DNA from: Escherichia coli phage KS_S14
Strand: one strand, 5' to 3'
Sequence record: LC788706.1
Length of the DNA stretch: 64,000 nucleotides
How positions within the stretch are numbered: the first letter of the stretch is position 1; every line of letters begins with the position of its first letter. Position numbers and translations under genes: made by a program. Positions 32,224 through 42,037 of this stretch are shown piece after piece. The notes beneath the pieces are model-generated. The model searched no databases and had not been told where the DNA came from. It was given only the letters and a program-made list of their open reading frames with translations.

Positions 32224-33195
32224 TTAATCATATACTCGCTCTACTATGCACGGGATTACACCACCAGCACGAATCACTCGAATCTGGCAACCGATCTCTA
32301 GATCAAGAGAGTTAATATAATCAACGTTATTAAGAGTCGCTTTAACAATTGTAGCATCATCAATAATTACCGGTTCGAAATAACCAACTGGAGTTACTTT
32401 ACCAGAGGCCCCTACCTGCCACTCAACTTTAGTAAGAGTAGTAATCTCACCTTCTTCATCCTCTTTAATAGCGAATGCTCCACGAGGGAATTTATTAGTC
32501 CAGCCTTCTCGGAAGAATTTGTTGTTGTCATTAATACGAACAACTTTACCATCCGTTGGAATCCACTTAAAGAAGGAACGCACATTAACAACTGTTAAGA
32601 AATCTTCATTCTCTAGCCAAAGCATATCTTTTAAATACGTTTCTGTAATACCTACAGATTCAGCAGAACACTGGATACCATATGCAACGAAGATTAAACC
32701 ACCTTCCCCTATACGTTGTACGAAATCATCGCTATCTTTGAGGTTAATAGCACCAGAGGCAAAGTTACGTTTATTTTCTACTTCTTTTGTAATTAGAACT
32801 TCACCAGTGATTTGAGTAGGTACTTTTTGGGAAATCTTTTGAGGGATGTTCAGCAATCTTACGTTGCTTGTGACATCATTCCCTAGAATACCATTACCAC
32901 GAGTTAGTGCTTGAACAAATTCGCCATTAATATATAACAGAGAAATCGCACAACCATCTAACTTATCAGTTTCTACCTGACCTAATGGGTTAAACGGAGG
33001 TTTATCTCCACGATTATAATAAACTTTCTGTAAAGAATACATACGATACAGATGTGGAATATCGCCCTTAGGCCCGATCTCTTCTTCTAACGGAAATCTT
33101 TTAATCAGACGATCATATTCTTCGTCAGAGATTAAAGACATTCCCTGGTAATATGCTTCTTGGCAACGTTTAATAAAGTCTTTTACATTAGTCAT
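32224..33195 (-). CDS. NAD-dependent DNA ligase, N-terminal part (adenylation + OB domains)
   Basis: 323 aa; N-terminal Ia-like region and KLDG adenylation motif. Confidence 0.8.
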   Translation of the reverse strand: MTNVKDFIKRCQEAYYQGMSLISDEEYDRLIKRFPLEEEIGPKGDIPHLYRMYSLQKVYYNRGDKPPFNPLGQVETDKLDGCAISLLYINGEFVQALTRGNGILGNDVTSNVRLLNIPQKISQKVPTQITGEVLITKEVENKRNFASGAINLKDSDDFVQRIGEGGLIFVAYGIQCSAESVGITETYLKDMLWLENEDFLTVVNVRSFFKWIPTDGKVVRINDNNKFFREGWTNKFPRGAFAIKEDEEGEITTLTKVEWQVGASGKVTPVGYFEPVIIDDATIVKATLNNVDYINSLDLEIGCQIRVIRAGGVIPCIVERVYD

Positions 33196-33219
33196 TTATT
33201 TGTATCTCTCATTAATTTA

Positions 33220-33262
33220 TATAAATATTATATAACAAAACTGAGTTGAAAGCAAATACATT
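33220..33262 (-). promoter_or_regulatory. T5-type promoter (minus strand) upstream of ligase N-terminal gene
   Basis: attata 33227-32, aagcaa 33250-55, 17-bp spacer. Confidence 0.55.
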
Positions 33263-33282
33263 TATAAAGAAAAAGCCAAGAA

Positions 33283-33591
33283 CTAGGCATTCTTGGCTTT
33301 GAGTTCTTCAGCTCGTTTCTGTACTTCATGTAAAACCTCAGATTCGCTAAGAATCTGTGTAAACGCATAGAAAAGCTGCGATGTTGTTTCTAGGGTGTAA
33401 GGAAAAGAGAAGCCAGATTTCGTTGGAAACCATTCATCATTAATATCAAGAAGCCAGTAACGAATACCCATGTATAGATTCCCACGAAATTCAGATACTG
33501 TTAATCTTACTTGTTCTCCCTCCTTCTCCCAGAGTATGATGGACTGGTCATCAACGTGTCCTTCATAGTTTTGATTTACCTGTTCGCTCAT
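33283..33591 (-). CDS. hypothetical protein
   Basis: 102-aa ORF. Confidence 0.4.
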   Translation of the reverse strand: MSEQVNQNYEGHVDDQSIILWEKEGEQVRLTVSEFRGNLYMGIRYWLLDINDEWFPTKSGFSFPYTLETTSQLFYAFTQILSESEVLHEVQKRAEELKAKNA

Positions 33592-33607
33592 TTACATATC
33601 CCAAATA

Positions 33608-33632
33608 CACAAAAAGCCCCATATAGGGGCTA
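33608..33632 (-). terminator. rho-independent terminator (minus strand)
   Basis: GCCCC-ATAT-AGGGGC; minus strand followed by TTTTTGTG. Confidence 0.6.
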
Positions 33633-33641
33633 ATTGGTTTC

Positions 33642-33938
33642 TTATCGGCCTACTGGAGAAGCACGATCTAACTCTGATTGGAGGCTAGTCACACGACGGA
33701 CTTTCTCGACAGGAATAAAACGGAAGCTATCATTAGTACGAGAGAAGACAAGGATCTCATCATCTTTCGCTTTACGAATACGTTCACGTTTAATACGCTC
33801 AGCCAGATATTTATCTTGGGCTGGATCAAATTCCATCGTACCCTGAAGGTACGTGGTTCCTTTCTGACGAAGTTTCTCGTAATGAAGATAAAACTCACCA
33901 AATTTTTCACATTGTGCGATAATTTCAGCTTTGGTCAT
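33642..33938 (-). CDS. hypothetical protein
   Basis: 98-aa ORF followed by hairpin terminator. Confidence 0.4.
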   Translation of the reverse strand: MTKAEIIAQCEKFGEFYLHYEKLRQKGTTYLQGTMEFDPAQDKYLAERIKRERIRKAKDDEILVFSRTNDSFRFIPVEKVRRVTSLQSELDRASPVGR

Positions 33939-33974
33939 AACTGTGTTCCTTTTGTTGGTGGATTTATCTAAAAA

Positions 33975-34385
33975 TTACTTAGTGATAGCTCGGATTGCTT
34001 CTGCCAGATGAGCAGCCGCTTTACCAGTCAGTTTGTCGATAATTGCATCATCCAGAAAATCTGGTGCTAAGCCAGCATCAGAGAATGCTGAACGAAGATC
34101 GGCATGAGCTTGGGCTTTGGAAGTACGAGAACCACCAGAAGCTTTTTCTCCAGTAGATGCGCTAGATTTAGAAGCAGAGCCAGCAGCTTTCTTGATATAC
34201 ACACCTGCTTTAGTTAGCTTCATACGAAAACCGTTCGGAGTTACACCATTTTCCTGGGCAATTTCGCTAACAATTTCCATGCTAACACCCGGACGTTCAT
34301 CCTCTGGGAATTGCTCCATACGAGCAACGTATTCGGAAGACATTTTTTCGAACAGTTCATCAGTCCACTGAGTTGGAGTAGTCAT
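33975..34385 (-). CDS. hypothetical protein
   Basis: 136-aa ORF with T5-type promoter upstream. Confidence 0.4.
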   Translation of the reverse strand: MTTPTQWTDELFEKMSSEYVARMEQFPEDERPGVSMEIVSEIAQENGVTPNGFRMKLTKAGVYIKKAAGSASKSSASTGEKASGGSRTSKAQAHADLRSAFSDAGLAPDFLDDAIIDKLTGKAAAHLAEAIRAITK

Positions 34386-34434
34386 ATTTTATATTTCCTT
34401 AATTAATAATTAAACAGAATAGTTCTTTCAAACT

Positions 34435-34480
34435 ATGAGAATATTATATCAAGAATTATAGGATTAAGCAACTGAAATTT
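34435..34480 (-). promoter_or_regulatory. T5-type promoter (minus strand)
   Basis: attata 34443-48, aagcaa 34466-71, 17-bp spacer. Confidence 0.55.
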
Positions 34481-34491
34481 TTCTGTAATTG

Positions 34492-34779
34492 CTACACATC
34501 TAGCTCAACGATCTCCCAATCATCCGCCAGAGCTTCTTCTAGGGTTAGGGAGGAGGTTTTCCATGTTGCGTCTTTTATATCGAACTTGGTATACCCATCT
34601 TCATTGGGCCACCAGGTAAACTCGACAATATCATTATTATCAACATCTACTTTTATAATGGTAGAGTAATAAGTACGAGCGTCCCAATTACCCCAGCTAT
34701 CCCGCTGGAGATATTTTACATCTCCATCTTTAAGCAAATCTGTTAGCTTACTCACGGCGTTTTCCTTTTTCTTTATCAA
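34492..34779 (-). CDS. hypothetical protein
   Basis: 95-aa ORF. Confidence 0.4.
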   Translation of the reverse strand: MIKKKENAVSKLTDLLKDGDVKYLQRDSWGNWDARTYYSTIIKVDVDNNDIVEFTWWPNEDGYTKFDIKDATWKTSSLTLEEALADDWEIVELDV

Positions 34780-35452
34780 GCTTCAGGGCGGCCTTAACAG
34801 CTTCGTTAATCAACGTAATAATTTCTTCACGAGTCCACTTGTACCCTAGAGATTTTACGTCAACCCCTAACTTTTCTAGATGCTTAACAGAGGCCAACTC
34901 GTAATTCATATAATGGACGTTCTGTTGTTTGCCTTCCGATAGAAGCCATACACGGTAACAACCAACAGGATTATCCATTGCTTTTTTGATTTCACCGATA
35001 CACTGGTATCCAGGAACCCAAACAAGCTCACCAACTGCAAATTCTTCTGCTACAGCATCATCAGGAATAATTGGAGGATTCAATGGATCTACAATATCGT
35101 TCAAACGAAGTAGAGCACCATATCGTTCCAGAACAGATTTAACCATTGCTACAGAGCGGTAATTACGATCGGCAATTTCTTCAAAAGAATCACCAGATAA
35201 ATACTGCTCAATAACGTTAGCTAACTCAATGCCTTCAATGAGTGTGCCACGTTTCTTTTTCTTCATTTCGGCAACTTGAATCTGGCGGTCTTGCCATTCT
35301 TCAATCATTCTTTCCATAGTTGGATTAGATGATACGCCGAGCATTTCACATGCTGCTTTCTTAGTACCACCGTTCTCCAGATGCTCTATAACCTTTTTAA
35401 AGACTTCATCCGGGATTTCATGGATATGTTTCTTTCTACGAGAACCAGCCAT
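34748..35452 (-). CDS. putative HTH DNA-binding protein
   Basis: 234 aa; HTH-like segment GGTKKAACEMLGVSSNPTMERMIEEW. Confidence 0.45.
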   Translation of the reverse strand: MAGSRRKKHIHEIPDEVFKKVIEHLENGGTKKAACEMLGVSSNPTMERMIEEWQDRQIQVAEMKKKKRGTLIEGIELANVIEQYLSGDSFEEIADRNYRSVAMVKSVLERYGALLRLNDIVDPLNPPIIPDDAVAEEFAVGELVWVPGYQCIGEIKKAMDNPVGCYRVWLLSEGKQQNVHYMNYELASVKHLEKLGVDVKSLGYKWTREEIITLINEAVKAALKLDKEKGKRRE

Positions 35453-35474
35453 ATTTAAACTCCTCTCTCAAATT

Positions 35475-35520
35475 TATGAATCTATTATACAGAAATTTTT
35501 TGCACTATGCAAATAAATTT
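35475..35520 (-). promoter_or_regulatory. T5-type promoter (minus strand) upstream of HTH protein gene
   Basis: attata 35482-87, atgcaa 35505-10 (= TTGCAT), 17-bp spacer. Confidence 0.55.
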
Positions 35521-35763
35521 TTACGATTCCTTGAGCAAAGAAGCAAGTTCAGCATAGACTTTATCTAATTCAAAGCCGATGCGAAGAGACACGTTTGTTT
35601 TCCGTTGTTTAAGTAACCACTCGGATATGTTAGGGATGCCAGCTAATCTATGCGGTACCACCCTACATAGCTTTTCCGAAGTGTCGTAAACAGGAACTTT
35701 ACGTTCTTTTACTGGAAACTTCCTTGTTTCCCATTTTTTATTCTTCACTGTCATTTCTAGCAC
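35521..35763 (-). CDS. hypothetical protein
   Basis: 80-aa basic ORF. Confidence 0.4.
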   Translation of the reverse strand: MLEMTVKNKKWETRKFPVKERKVPVYDTSEKLCRVVPHRLAGIPNISEWLLKQRKTNVSLRIGFELDKVYAELASLLKES

Positions 35764-38605
35764 CTAGCTCTGCCATTGCTTCATCATGCATATGTTTCTC
35801 CTCATCAGTCATAAACTTATACGGGATTGGCATACACTCGATTTTACAATAGGTTCTGTACCAGTCTACAATATTCTCCGTGTTCATATCCTTACCAATA
35901 CCCATCATACCAAGATACATTCTAGCATATTTTGGGTTAGCACTCTGACCTGTTTTAAGGAAGAAATCTTTCTTCTTACCTTTCAGAGCTTCTATAAATG
36001 GTTTGATAGTGACATTTGAACACTTCTTAATATCTTCCCAGAACATCTCGTGCATTTTATGGAAAAATGCCGCTCGATCATTCGGTTTATCCTTAATATA
36101 TTGTTCAACATGCTCAACTGTTACATCTTTAATAGACTCAAGATGATAATAGCGAACAAGAAGTAGTTTAGCTTCATACGCATCAGCATGGCGTGGAGCA
36201 CAATAATCAGGGGTTGAATATAAAATAGCTTTGATTCGCTCTTCCGTATATTCCTTCCCAGCACCTTCGATAGTTCCCCAGCTTTCACTGAAAATATCAA
36301 TAGTTGCACCCTGATCAAGCAAGTAATAACGTAAAGTACTAGTATAGTTCCTAGATTCCAGCTCTCTACGACGTGCGTATAATTGCTGTGCTAACTCCAG
36401 CCAACCTTCATCAATGTTATATTGCTCAGAACCTGCGGAGAATCCACTCGTAGATTTATCAATAAAATAATAAATGTTCTGAGCGCCACGGTCGCGCCTG
36501 ATTGCTTGAAAACGCATGTTTGGCGCTTGGTTGCTGGTTCTAGTAATAACGAATACGTTATCAAAATAGTTGAAGTCAACACCACTAGTTACGGAGGGAC
36601 TACATAATAAGCAATCAATTTGTTGATCAATTAGCTCATTAGTTGTGTAATCCAGAATACGTCGAATATCTACATCAGACGTAGAGTTTGAGTGGATTTC
36701 CTTAACTAACGCACCCGTATTACGACGCAGCGCCATACCCTTCTCATTCAGTTCATCCGGGCCACAATCAGATACCAGAATAGATTTCTCCCCCATTTCT
36801 AGAGAAGTCTGAAGTGCAACCCAAATACTGGATTCATCAGGGAACTCATAAGCATGAGCTTTTGACAGCATTTTACGGTGATGATTATAAAATGCAACCG
36901 GTTTATCAAACTCAATTAAAGAACCATATGCTTCAATTGTTTCTGCACTAATATCCCCATCAGATAATATAATAATTTTTGCAGTTGCAAGAATGTCACG
37001 TAGAACTTGAATACATTCGCGACGTTGTTTAACAACCGGGGCGAATAATAGGTCATTCATTACAGCATCACATTCATCGATAAAGATTGCATCAATTTGA
37101 CCAATAAAACTCTTGAACTTATGCAAAGAGTGAATAGTTGTGGACATACGGTCAATAGCACCACGCTTAAAATTAAGCATATCTACAGACTTATCATATT
37201 GTCCTGCACTAAATTTCTTAGCATTTGAAGATACCAGTGCTCGAGTATTGGTAATTGCTAAGAAATTACCTTTAATAACTCCTGAATCTAACCAACGCAC
37301 AACCGCCGTAGTTTTACCTGTACCTAGACTTGCTTTTACAAAAGTCATATAACCTTCTGGTGGTACAGTATTTAATTTCAAGAAGTTATCAGTTTCTAGA
37401 GAATTAGTTTCTAGCTTTTTAAGTGGAATACCTTTTAAAACATCAGGTATATCGCGTTTAGAATTATTAACAAACGCTTTCAGAGCCTGTTTACGGCCGT
37501 TATTAAAGTAATCTTGAATATTACGACTATTATCTTTAGTTGCAATATATTCTGATAAGGCTGGACGGATTTCTTTTTCTAGCCATGCAAAATCAACACC
37601 ATCCTCCAAAGCTCTATGATAGAGTTTAGGTATAATACGTAGATACACCCCATCCTCAGCTTCTTCTAGTTCGCTGATAGTTTCCTCTACTTTATCAGAG
37701 GCAGCTTTTTTACCTTTAATTTGATCGAGTAAAGAGTAAAACTCCTCCTTAAACTCACCTCTAGTTGTTTCATAGTCAACCAGATTATTGGGTAAATTTA
37801 CTTTAGAACCCTTAACAAATACCAGACGTGAAGCACCCTCCGCTTTAAACGGATCTACTATACCATCGGTAAATAACGGATCTGCAAAATAATGGAGCTG
37901 TACGGAAGAGTAATACGCTAAGTCGGCAATATCAAAGCCATACTTTTGTCTACTACTTTCGTTGATAGATGTAAATAAGAATTTGATTTGACCCTGAGTT
38001 ACTTTAACATTAGATTCTAGTATTAAGTGCATTCGGATACCTGGTTTTAGCCCAGACGAAGACGATGCATGAGCGATAAACCCTGCATCAAGAGGAAACA
38101 TATCCTCACTAATACTATTTAACATTCTAATAATATGTCGAGCCATGCCAACAAGATCAAACTTGTTACAACCACCTGTATCTACAATACCATCCACGTC
38201 CATTGCAATTATATGACTTGGGTTAGATACATTAAAGTTGCCCTTCTTACGTCGCACATTATTTTTAGGTGCAAGACATCGACCTCGTACCGCAACGATA
38301 TGAGGGTCAGACGTTAAACGTCTCATAAGAGGGAGCATTTCTACTAGGGTTTGAGGATCAACTTCATCAATTACATCAAACTTGAAGGGCATTGAAGCTG
38401 GTTTACCTTCAGGATGCTTTGAGGAAAATCTTTTAGCAAAAAGATAGTCTTCTGCTTTAACTTCTCGCCAATTGCCTGTGGCTAAATCGCGATGAAATCC
38501 TGCATGACCTTGTAGGATTGAGAACACAACGATACTCCTGTGTTGGAAATGAAATAAGTTTTCTTTAGGACTATTCAGAAAGAATAGAACAACTGTTACT
38601 GTCAA
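35738..38605 (-). CDS. large P-loop ATPase, putative origin-binding / helicase-like replication protein
   Basis: Walker A SLGTGKTT, Walker B-like FIDECD; start uncertain (ORF track start is TTG at 38605; an internal ATG near 38400 is possible). Confidence 0.6.
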   Translation of the reverse strand: MTVTVVLFFLNSPKENLFHFQHRSIVVFSILQGHAGFHRDLATGNWREVKAEDYLFAKRFSSKHPEGKPASMPFKFDVIDEVDPQTLVEMLPLMRRLTSDPHIVAVRGRCLAPKNNVRRKKGNFNVSNPSHIIAMDVDGIVDTGGCNKFDLVGMARHIIRMLNSISEDMFPLDAGFIAHASSSSGLKPGIRMHLILESNVKVTQGQIKFLFTSINESSRQKYGFDIADLAYYSSVQLHYFADPLFTDGIVDPFKAEGASRLVFVKGSKVNLPNNLVDYETTRGEFKEEFYSLLDQIKGKKAASDKVEETISELEEAEDGVYLRIIPKLYHRALEDGVDFAWLEKEIRPALSEYIATKDNSRNIQDYFNNGRKQALKAFVNNSKRDIPDVLKGIPLKKLETNSLETDNFLKLNTVPPEGYMTFVKASLGTGKTTAVVRWLDSGVIKGNFLAITNTRALVSSNAKKFSAGQYDKSVDMLNFKRGAIDRMSTTIHSLHKFKSFIGQIDAIFIDECDAVMNDLLFAPVVKQRRECIQVLRDILATAKIIILSDGDISAETIEAYGSLIEFDKPVAFYNHHRKMLSKAHAYEFPDESSIWVALQTSLEMGEKSILVSDCGPDELNEKGMALRRNTGALVKEIHSNSTSDVDIRRILDYTTNELIDQQIDCLLCSPSVTSGVDFNYFDNVFVITRTSNQAPNMRFQAIRRDRGAQNIYYFIDKSTSGFSAGSEQYNIDEGWLELAQQLYARRRELESRNYTSTLRYYLLDQGATIDIFSESWGTIEGAGKEYTEERIKAILYSTPDYCAPRHADAYEAKLLLVRYYHLESIKDVTVEHVEQYIKDKPNDRAAFFHKMHEMFWEDIKKCSNVTIKPFIEALKGKKKDFFLKTGQSANPKYARMYLGMMGIGKDMNTENIVDWYRTYCKIECMPIPYKFMTDEEKHMHDEAMAELGARNDSEE

Positions 38606-39019
38606 TTTCTCAACAAATTAATTGCAAATACTGAAGTGGGGTGGCAACTTCCACTTTCACGCTACACTGCCGCTTCACTATACCGCACAAATCCTTGAGG
38701 ATGGCCGCTAAGCCAGATTTGCTCACCTAATGCTTCATGTACTAGCTCATACTAGATGTAGTATACCTTACGTCATCACTTCTCAGAGTTTTTCACTCTT
38801 CCCGTCTCACTTCACAACCACCTCACACTAGGTTGCTTCGAGGCCTTACCAGGGTTCCTACGGGATGTAGATCGCTAAGTATTCTATTAATTATTTGTTT
38901 AAAAACTAACACGTAACAGTTAAAACAACCCTTAATGGGGCAGCCTAACTGTTCCGTATCGCGGATTGTAAACAAGAAAAATTAGCAAAATCAATTTTTA
39001 CTAATGTCTCTCAATTCAA

Positions 39020-39065
39020 TATAAATATTATATCAAGATTTTGGGCATCCTGCAAGTAAAATTTT
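39020..39065 (-). promoter_or_regulatory. T5-type promoter (minus strand) ~400 nt upstream of large ATPase gene
   Basis: attata 39027-32, ctgcaa 39050-55 (= TTGCAG), 17-bp spacer. Confidence 0.55.
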
Positions 39066-39131
39066 CCGGATGGTGCTATCATTGGTCTTGAGTACGGATA
39101 AAACCGAGCCAAAATGACTCGGTTATGTGGA

Positions 39132-39329
39132 TTAGACACTTAAAATACTTCTAATCTCTTCTATATACTTATCTACTTTTTTAGCATCTACTTTACTTAG
39201 TTTTCCTATGTCAAAATCAGGATCAGTAAACATTCTAGCTATCTCTATCTCTAGAGACTTACTAATTTTCCCTGTAGTATTCCACTTAGAAATCTTCCCT
39301 TTTATTTTCCAAAATTCCTTATTCATCAT
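39132..39329 (-). CDS. hypothetical protein
   Basis: 65-aa ORF, last gene of coupled operon. Confidence 0.35.
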   Translation of the reverse strand: MMNKEFWKIKGKISKWNTTGKISKSLEIEIARMFTDPDFDIGKLSKVDAKKVDKYIEEIRSILSV

Positions 39330-39711
39330 TTAATCCCGGAACATATACCCCAACACGATTTAATTGTTCTTTAGCTTCTTTGAGAATATCTGGAGTGTAC
39401 TCCCAAATATCATCTTCCACCTGTAAAAGATGGGGCGAACAACTATCATCAGGCACACGACATATGGCCAAACCACGTGGATGGAACAAAGAGAAGTTTA
39501 GGGCAACAATCAAGCCCATAGCAGACAACTCATTCCAATCCAGTTCCCATTCCCCGGCGTATCCAGACAGGAAAACGCCAATGCATGGATCATCTATTTG
39601 CTGCTCAGGAAAAGTGAAGGAGGCTTGTCTTACCCCCAACCAACGTTGTAGCAGCTTCTCCGCACGTTTCACCAAACTAGGGTCAATCTGACGCCAATAT
39701 ACTTGTTCCAT
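39319..39711 (-). CDS. hypothetical protein, paralogue of adjacent 142-aa ORF
   Basis: Shares PCIG, MGL..ALN..LF.P and C-terminal PGL motifs with 39721-40149 product. Confidence 0.5.
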   Translation of the reverse strand: MEQVYWRQIDPSLVKRAEKLLQRWLGVRQASFTFPEQQIDDPCIGVFLSGYAGEWELDWNELSAMGLIVALNFSLFHPRGLAICRVPDDSCSPHLLQVEDDIWEYTPDILKEAKEQLNRVGVYVPGLNDE

Positions 39712-39720
39712 TGTGCCCCC

Positions 39721-40149
39721 TTAGGCGGTTAAACCCGGAATTTGATAACCAAAACGACGAAGTTTTTGGATACCATCATTTACTTCTTCTGGTGAGTAAG
39801 ACCAACCATACCGTTCATTAACTTGAAAACCAGGAGATTCGTTGGTTTTATAGTTAACAACAATACGGTGTTTATTAGGCATAAACAGCCTATAGTTTAA
39901 CGCAAAAACCAAGCCCATTTCATCCAACTCTTTCCAGCCAACAATCTCTTCAAGACCCTCCTCTACCTGCACAATTAAACCAATACAGGGAGCTTCTTCA
40001 ATCTCGCCTTTAAAAGCAAAGGAGATTTCATTATTCTCACACCATATTTTCAGAGCATTAATAGCCTCATTGTACAGGTTGGCTGGAAGAGTACGCCAAA
40101 AATTAACCAATATCGGGTTAGCCTCTTTAGAGAATACATTATTGAACAT
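39721..40149 (-). CDS. hypothetical protein, paralogue of adjacent 130-aa ORF
   Basis: See paralogue; tandem duplication. Confidence 0.5.
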   Translation of the reverse strand: MFNNVFSKEANPILVNFWRTLPANLYNEAINALKIWCENNEISFAFKGEIEEAPCIGLIVQVEEGLEEIVGWKELDEMGLVFALNYRLFMPNKHRIVVNYKTNESPGFQVNERYGWSYSPEEVNDGIQKLRRFGYQIPGLTA

Positions 40150-40151
40150 AT

Positions 40152-40658
40152 TTACACCTTAAATTGTTGTAGGGCTTTACACATTTCAAGATCTGGGCTA
40201 AATTCTAACATATAGCTAACAGCTCTTAAATCTTGAAGATTTATTCCAGTTCTACCATTGACTATAACCGTTGGATACTGATACATCATAGCACCAGCAT
40301 CATCCAGCACACACCAATGTTTGAGCCTATGCTTTTCAACGAAGCGAAGAACAGAATTACCCCTAGATAATCCACCACCAGTAAAATCCGTTGTACCAAG
40401 AAAACGATCAATAAGATCTAATCCGGTCATAATCTGAACGTTCTCCATCTCATTCCTGACAGAGAACCATGAAGATACTCCAACAATCATTATTGGGGAA
40501 GGACGAATAAAGTCCTGAAAAGCCTTGAGAAGCGGTTTAAAAACCCAGTCACTTCCAAAGAAAATCTTTTCATCATCAGGTGCATGGTGATGGGAGATGC
40601 TCGAGTTGAGCACCCCATCAATATCTAGAAAAATAATTGGAGTATTACTTATTTCCAT
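40152..40658 (-). CDS. HAD-superfamily phosphatase-like protein
   Basis: N-terminal IIFLDIDGVLN (DxDG motif I) and later VLDDAG. Confidence 0.5.
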   Translation of the reverse strand: MEISNTPIIFLDIDGVLNSSISHHHAPDDEKIFFGSDWVFKPLLKAFQDFIRPSPIMIVGVSSWFSVRNEMENVQIMTGLDLIDRFLGTTDFTGGGLSRGNSVLRFVEKHRLKHWCVLDDAGAMMYQYPTVIVNGRTGINLQDLRAVSYMLEFSPDLEMCKALQQFKV

Positions 40659-40827
40659 TTTTGTCCCTTTCTAAGAACGTATCATACTCAACCGTATCAA
40701 CATATATGACACCATAGTCATCGGATTTATAGTCCATTTCCCATAGCTCACACCGATAGCACCAACTACCATCCGCCCATACAAATATATCATCTGGATG
40801 TGTATACACAGATTTAACTATGGACAT
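40645..40827 (-). CDS. hypothetical small protein
   Basis: 60-aa ORF overlapping both neighbours. Confidence 0.3.
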   Translation of the reverse strand: MSIVKSVYTHPDDIFVWADGSWCYRCELWEMDYKSDDYGVIYVDTVEYDTFLERDKNGNK

Positions 40828-41642
40828 ATTTGTTTTCCCGGCATATAAGGTCTACCCTCTAAATGGGCTTCCACACGAGCAATAAAACCAGGGTCACTGA
40901 AAGCATCTACCGCACCTTTACTCCAGTAAGAAATACCCCGATCTTCCAGTTGGTACATATCACTACGAGTCATGCCTTGATAGCCTGGTTCTGCCGCTAG
41001 GGCACTATCGTAGTAGTTAACCACCATAAGTTTCGCAGCAGTCAAATTAAGAATAGGAAATAATTCCCAGTAGAAGTTAATTACTTGGTTAGAGCAACCA
41101 ACTACAACGATCATATCTTGACTGGTAATACCATCAAAAATATTGTACATTTCTGCGTACGCTGGAGCATGCTCACCAAAGAAGATTACATTAGGTTTAA
41201 CCCATTTATAATCATCTGGGTCAATAGAGCTATACCCAACATCAATAACTCGTTTATTGCTACTATTGTAGCTGTCAGCTACAACAACCTCTTTTAAATA
41301 CCCATGAATATGCAAAATGTCACTATGCGGAACACCAGCACGCTCAATAAGGTCATCAACGTTAGTAGTCAAATTTACTACTTGACCCGGATATTTCTTA
41401 TACCATTCACCAATACGCAAGTGTGCAAGATTGGGTTCAACAGTTTTTAGCTCTTCACGTCGCTTGTTGTAAAACATATGGGTTTTATGATAAAAATTAC
41501 CACGAAAGGCATGAATATTACATACCTCTTCTAAGTCATACTCATCCCACAATGCTTTACCACTGGCAGTATCAGTACGGAAGGCTCGTACACCACTTTC
41601 GACACTCAAACCCGCACCGCTAATAATAATTAATCTACGCAT
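40818..41642 (-). CDS. Sir2-family (sirtuin-fold) NAD-binding protein lacking the zinc ribbon
   Basis: ISGAGLSVESGVRAFR (GAGIS.ESGI..FR motif), TTNVDDLIERAG, HIHGYL catalytic-His motif; no CxxC...CxxC pair. Confidence 0.7.
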   Translation of the reverse strand: MRRLIIISGAGLSVESGVRAFRTDTASGKALWDEYDLEEVCNIHAFRGNFYHKTHMFYNKRREELKTVEPNLAHLRIGEWYKKYPGQVVNLTTNVDDLIERAGVPHSDILHIHGYLKEVVVADSYNSSNKRVIDVGYSSIDPDDYKWVKPNVIFFGEHAPAYAEMYNIFDGITSQDMIVVVGCSNQVINFYWELFPILNLTAAKLMVVNYYDSALAAEPGYQGMTRSDMYQLEDRGISYWSKGAVDAFSDPGFIARVEAHLEGRPYMPGKQICP

Positions 41643-41856
41643 TTTTCACCTGTTCTCTGAAGTTTTGCCCAATACTGTCTAATAGCTCAGCTAATTCTTT
41701 ATTGCCTTCCTCCATTAAGGTATTAGCAATAACTTCTAGCATAGTAGCGCAGGATTCAACACCATCCTTATAGCCAGTTTCCCAGTGCTGCATTAATGCG
41801 TTTTCCAAAGCGGCGTTTAAACCCTTATCTGGTAGCATCGGCTTCGAGAATGCCAT
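41635..41856 (-). CDS. hypothetical protein
   Basis: 73-aa ORF. Confidence 0.35.
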   Translation of the reverse strand: MAFSKPMLPDKGLNAALENALMQHWETGYKDGVESCATMLEVIANTLMEEGNKELAELLDSIGQNFREQVKNA

Positions 41857-42028
41857 AAAGTTTCTCCTCTAGTTCCATAACACGATTTTCATAAGAGGCA
41901 CGCAACTTTTCAATTGCCAGCGCACGCACTGTAACCTCATTAGAATTAATAGCTAACTGGGCCAGATCTTCTGTTTCCATACGTCCGTTGTAAATTAAGC
42001 GATATTTAAGATGTTTTACGTTTTTCAT
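41825..42028 (-). CDS. hypothetical protein
   Basis: 67-aa ORF. Confidence 0.35.
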   Translation of the reverse strand: MKNVKHLKYRLIYNGRMETEDLAQLAINSNEVTVRALAIEKLRASYENRVMELEEKLYGILEADATR

Positions 42029-42037
42029 TCTTGTTCC

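Noticed and set aside
33634-33971. Several overlapping plus- and minus-strand small ORFs around 33642-33938
   Set aside because: Only the minus-strand 98-aa frame fits operon orientation and terminator position; the others are overlapping alternatives
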